From an uncultured Rhodothermaceae bacterium (lineage in GTDB: Bacteria; Bacteroidota; Rhodothermia; Rhodothermales; DASSAV01): a stretch of 42,920 nt of DNA. Where the stretch lies: NCBI GenBank assembly GCA_965363675.1, contig CBDTTW010000002.1, positions 1 to 42,920 of the forward strand. Direction: 5' to 3'. Position numbers and translations under genes: made by a program. Below are positions 42,525 through 42,920 of the stretch, one piece after another (position 1 is the stretch's first letter; each line of letters begins with the position of its first letter). The notes beneath the pieces were generated by a model, which searched no databases, was not told the origin of the DNA, and saw only the letters and a program-made list of their open reading frames with translations.

Positions 42525-42920
42525 ACGCCCCGGCGCTGGAGTTCCGCGAGGTCACGGCGCGCTACACCCCCGAGGGGCCGCCCGTGCTGTGCGATTGCAC
42601 CTTCGCGGTGGCCGCCGGCGAAAAGGCGGCCCTGATGGGGCTGAACGGCTCCGGCAAGACGGCGCTGCTGCTGGCGGCGGTGGGCCTGATCCCGTTTACG
42701 GGCCGCATCGCCGTCGGGGGGGCGCCGGTCGAGGCGGCGGGGCTTGCCGAGGCGCGCCGCCGCACAGGCATCCTGTTCTCCAACCCCGAGGAGCAGATTC
42801 TTTTCCCCCGGGTGCTGGAGGACGTAGGCTTTGTCCTGCGCGGCCGGGGGGCCTCCGAGGCGGAGGCCGACGCGGCCGCGCGCGCCGCCCTGGCGCGCCT
42901 CGGAGCGGAAGACCTTGCCG
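42521..42920 (+). CDS. ECF/CbiO-type ABC transporter ATP-binding protein, N-terminal fragment (runs off the window)
   Basis: Not in the ORF track because there is no stop. My own translation: MNAPALEFREVTARY...AAGEKAALMGLNGSGKTALLLA...TGILFSNPEEQILFPRVLEDVGF, giving Walker A and the Q-loop region typical of CbiO/EcfA. ATGA overlap with the T-like gene. Confidence 0.85.
   Translation, partial: MNAPALEFREVTARYTPEGPPVLCDCTFAVAAGEKAALMGLNGSGKTALLLAAVGLIPFTGRIAVGGAPVEAAGLAEARRRTGILFSNPEEQILFPRVLEDVGFVLRGRGASEAEADAAARAALARLGAEDLA

Noticed and set aside
41201-42555. Three overlapping minus-strand ORFs (341, 323 and 251 aa) and the plus-strand ORF 41506..41958 across the ECF T-like gene
   Set aside because: The region is extremely GC-rich, so all frames are open. 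These products are Arg/Pro/Ala runs, whereas the chosen frame gives TM helices and EcfT-like terminal motifs and is ATGA-coupled to the ATPase.
1-42920. Looked for CRISPR arrays, IS or transposase or integrase genes, prophage remnants, tRNA/rRNA, toxin-antitoxin pairs and defence-type nuclease, helicase or methylase genes
   Set aside because: None found. There are no regularly spaced repeats, no terminal inverted repeats and no composition island other than short AT-rich promoter spacers. Gene content is core or housekeeping-like.

Overview
Very GC-rich window (about 70% by eye) that looks like an ordinary chromosomal region of a Rhodothermales-like member of the Bacteroidota. Lineage markers are a T9SS C-terminal sorting domain, a DUF4270 lipoprotein, the short Bacteroidota-type GlgA-like gene, several Tat-signal periplasmic enzymes and two TAnnTTTG-type -7 boxes. 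I can support about 37 protein-coding genes: cell-envelope peptidases (M28, M23, M15-like), an orphan PilB/GspE ATPase, an MscS channel, PduO adenosyltransferase, Sua5/TsaC, FolD and GlgC. There is also a Tat-rich sugar-processing cluster (rhamnose-isomerase-like, NIPSNAP, heparinase II/III, Gfo/Idh/MocA, GH29 fucosidase), a giant DUF4175 coiled-coil protein, an SGLT-type symporter and feoAB. I found no rRNA, tRNA, CRISPR array, transposase, integrase or recognisable defence gene. Because of the high GC content, most long ORFs in the track are antisense or out-of-frame artefacts, and several true starts lie well inside the listed ORFs. I reset those starts using signal peptides, conserved N-termini and GC3. 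The most unusual organisation is feoA-feoB joined by an ATGA stop/start overlap to what looks like a complete ECF-type transporter module (S-like membrane protein, small 5-Cys protein, EcfT-like, EcfA-like), and FeoB itself carries an N-terminal CX2CX2CX2C motif. Other items worth a second look are a short GlgA-like protein with a degenerate KTGGL motif in a conserved envelope cluster, a small protein with a poly-acidic tail, a cargo-less T9SS mini-protein, a tandem 12-nt repeat abutting the glgC start, and a tsaC whose conserved N-terminus has no canonical start codon. All family calls come from motif recognition by eye, with no searches run. I see no compelling evidence of a wholly new system, and the feo-ECF operon is the best candidate.
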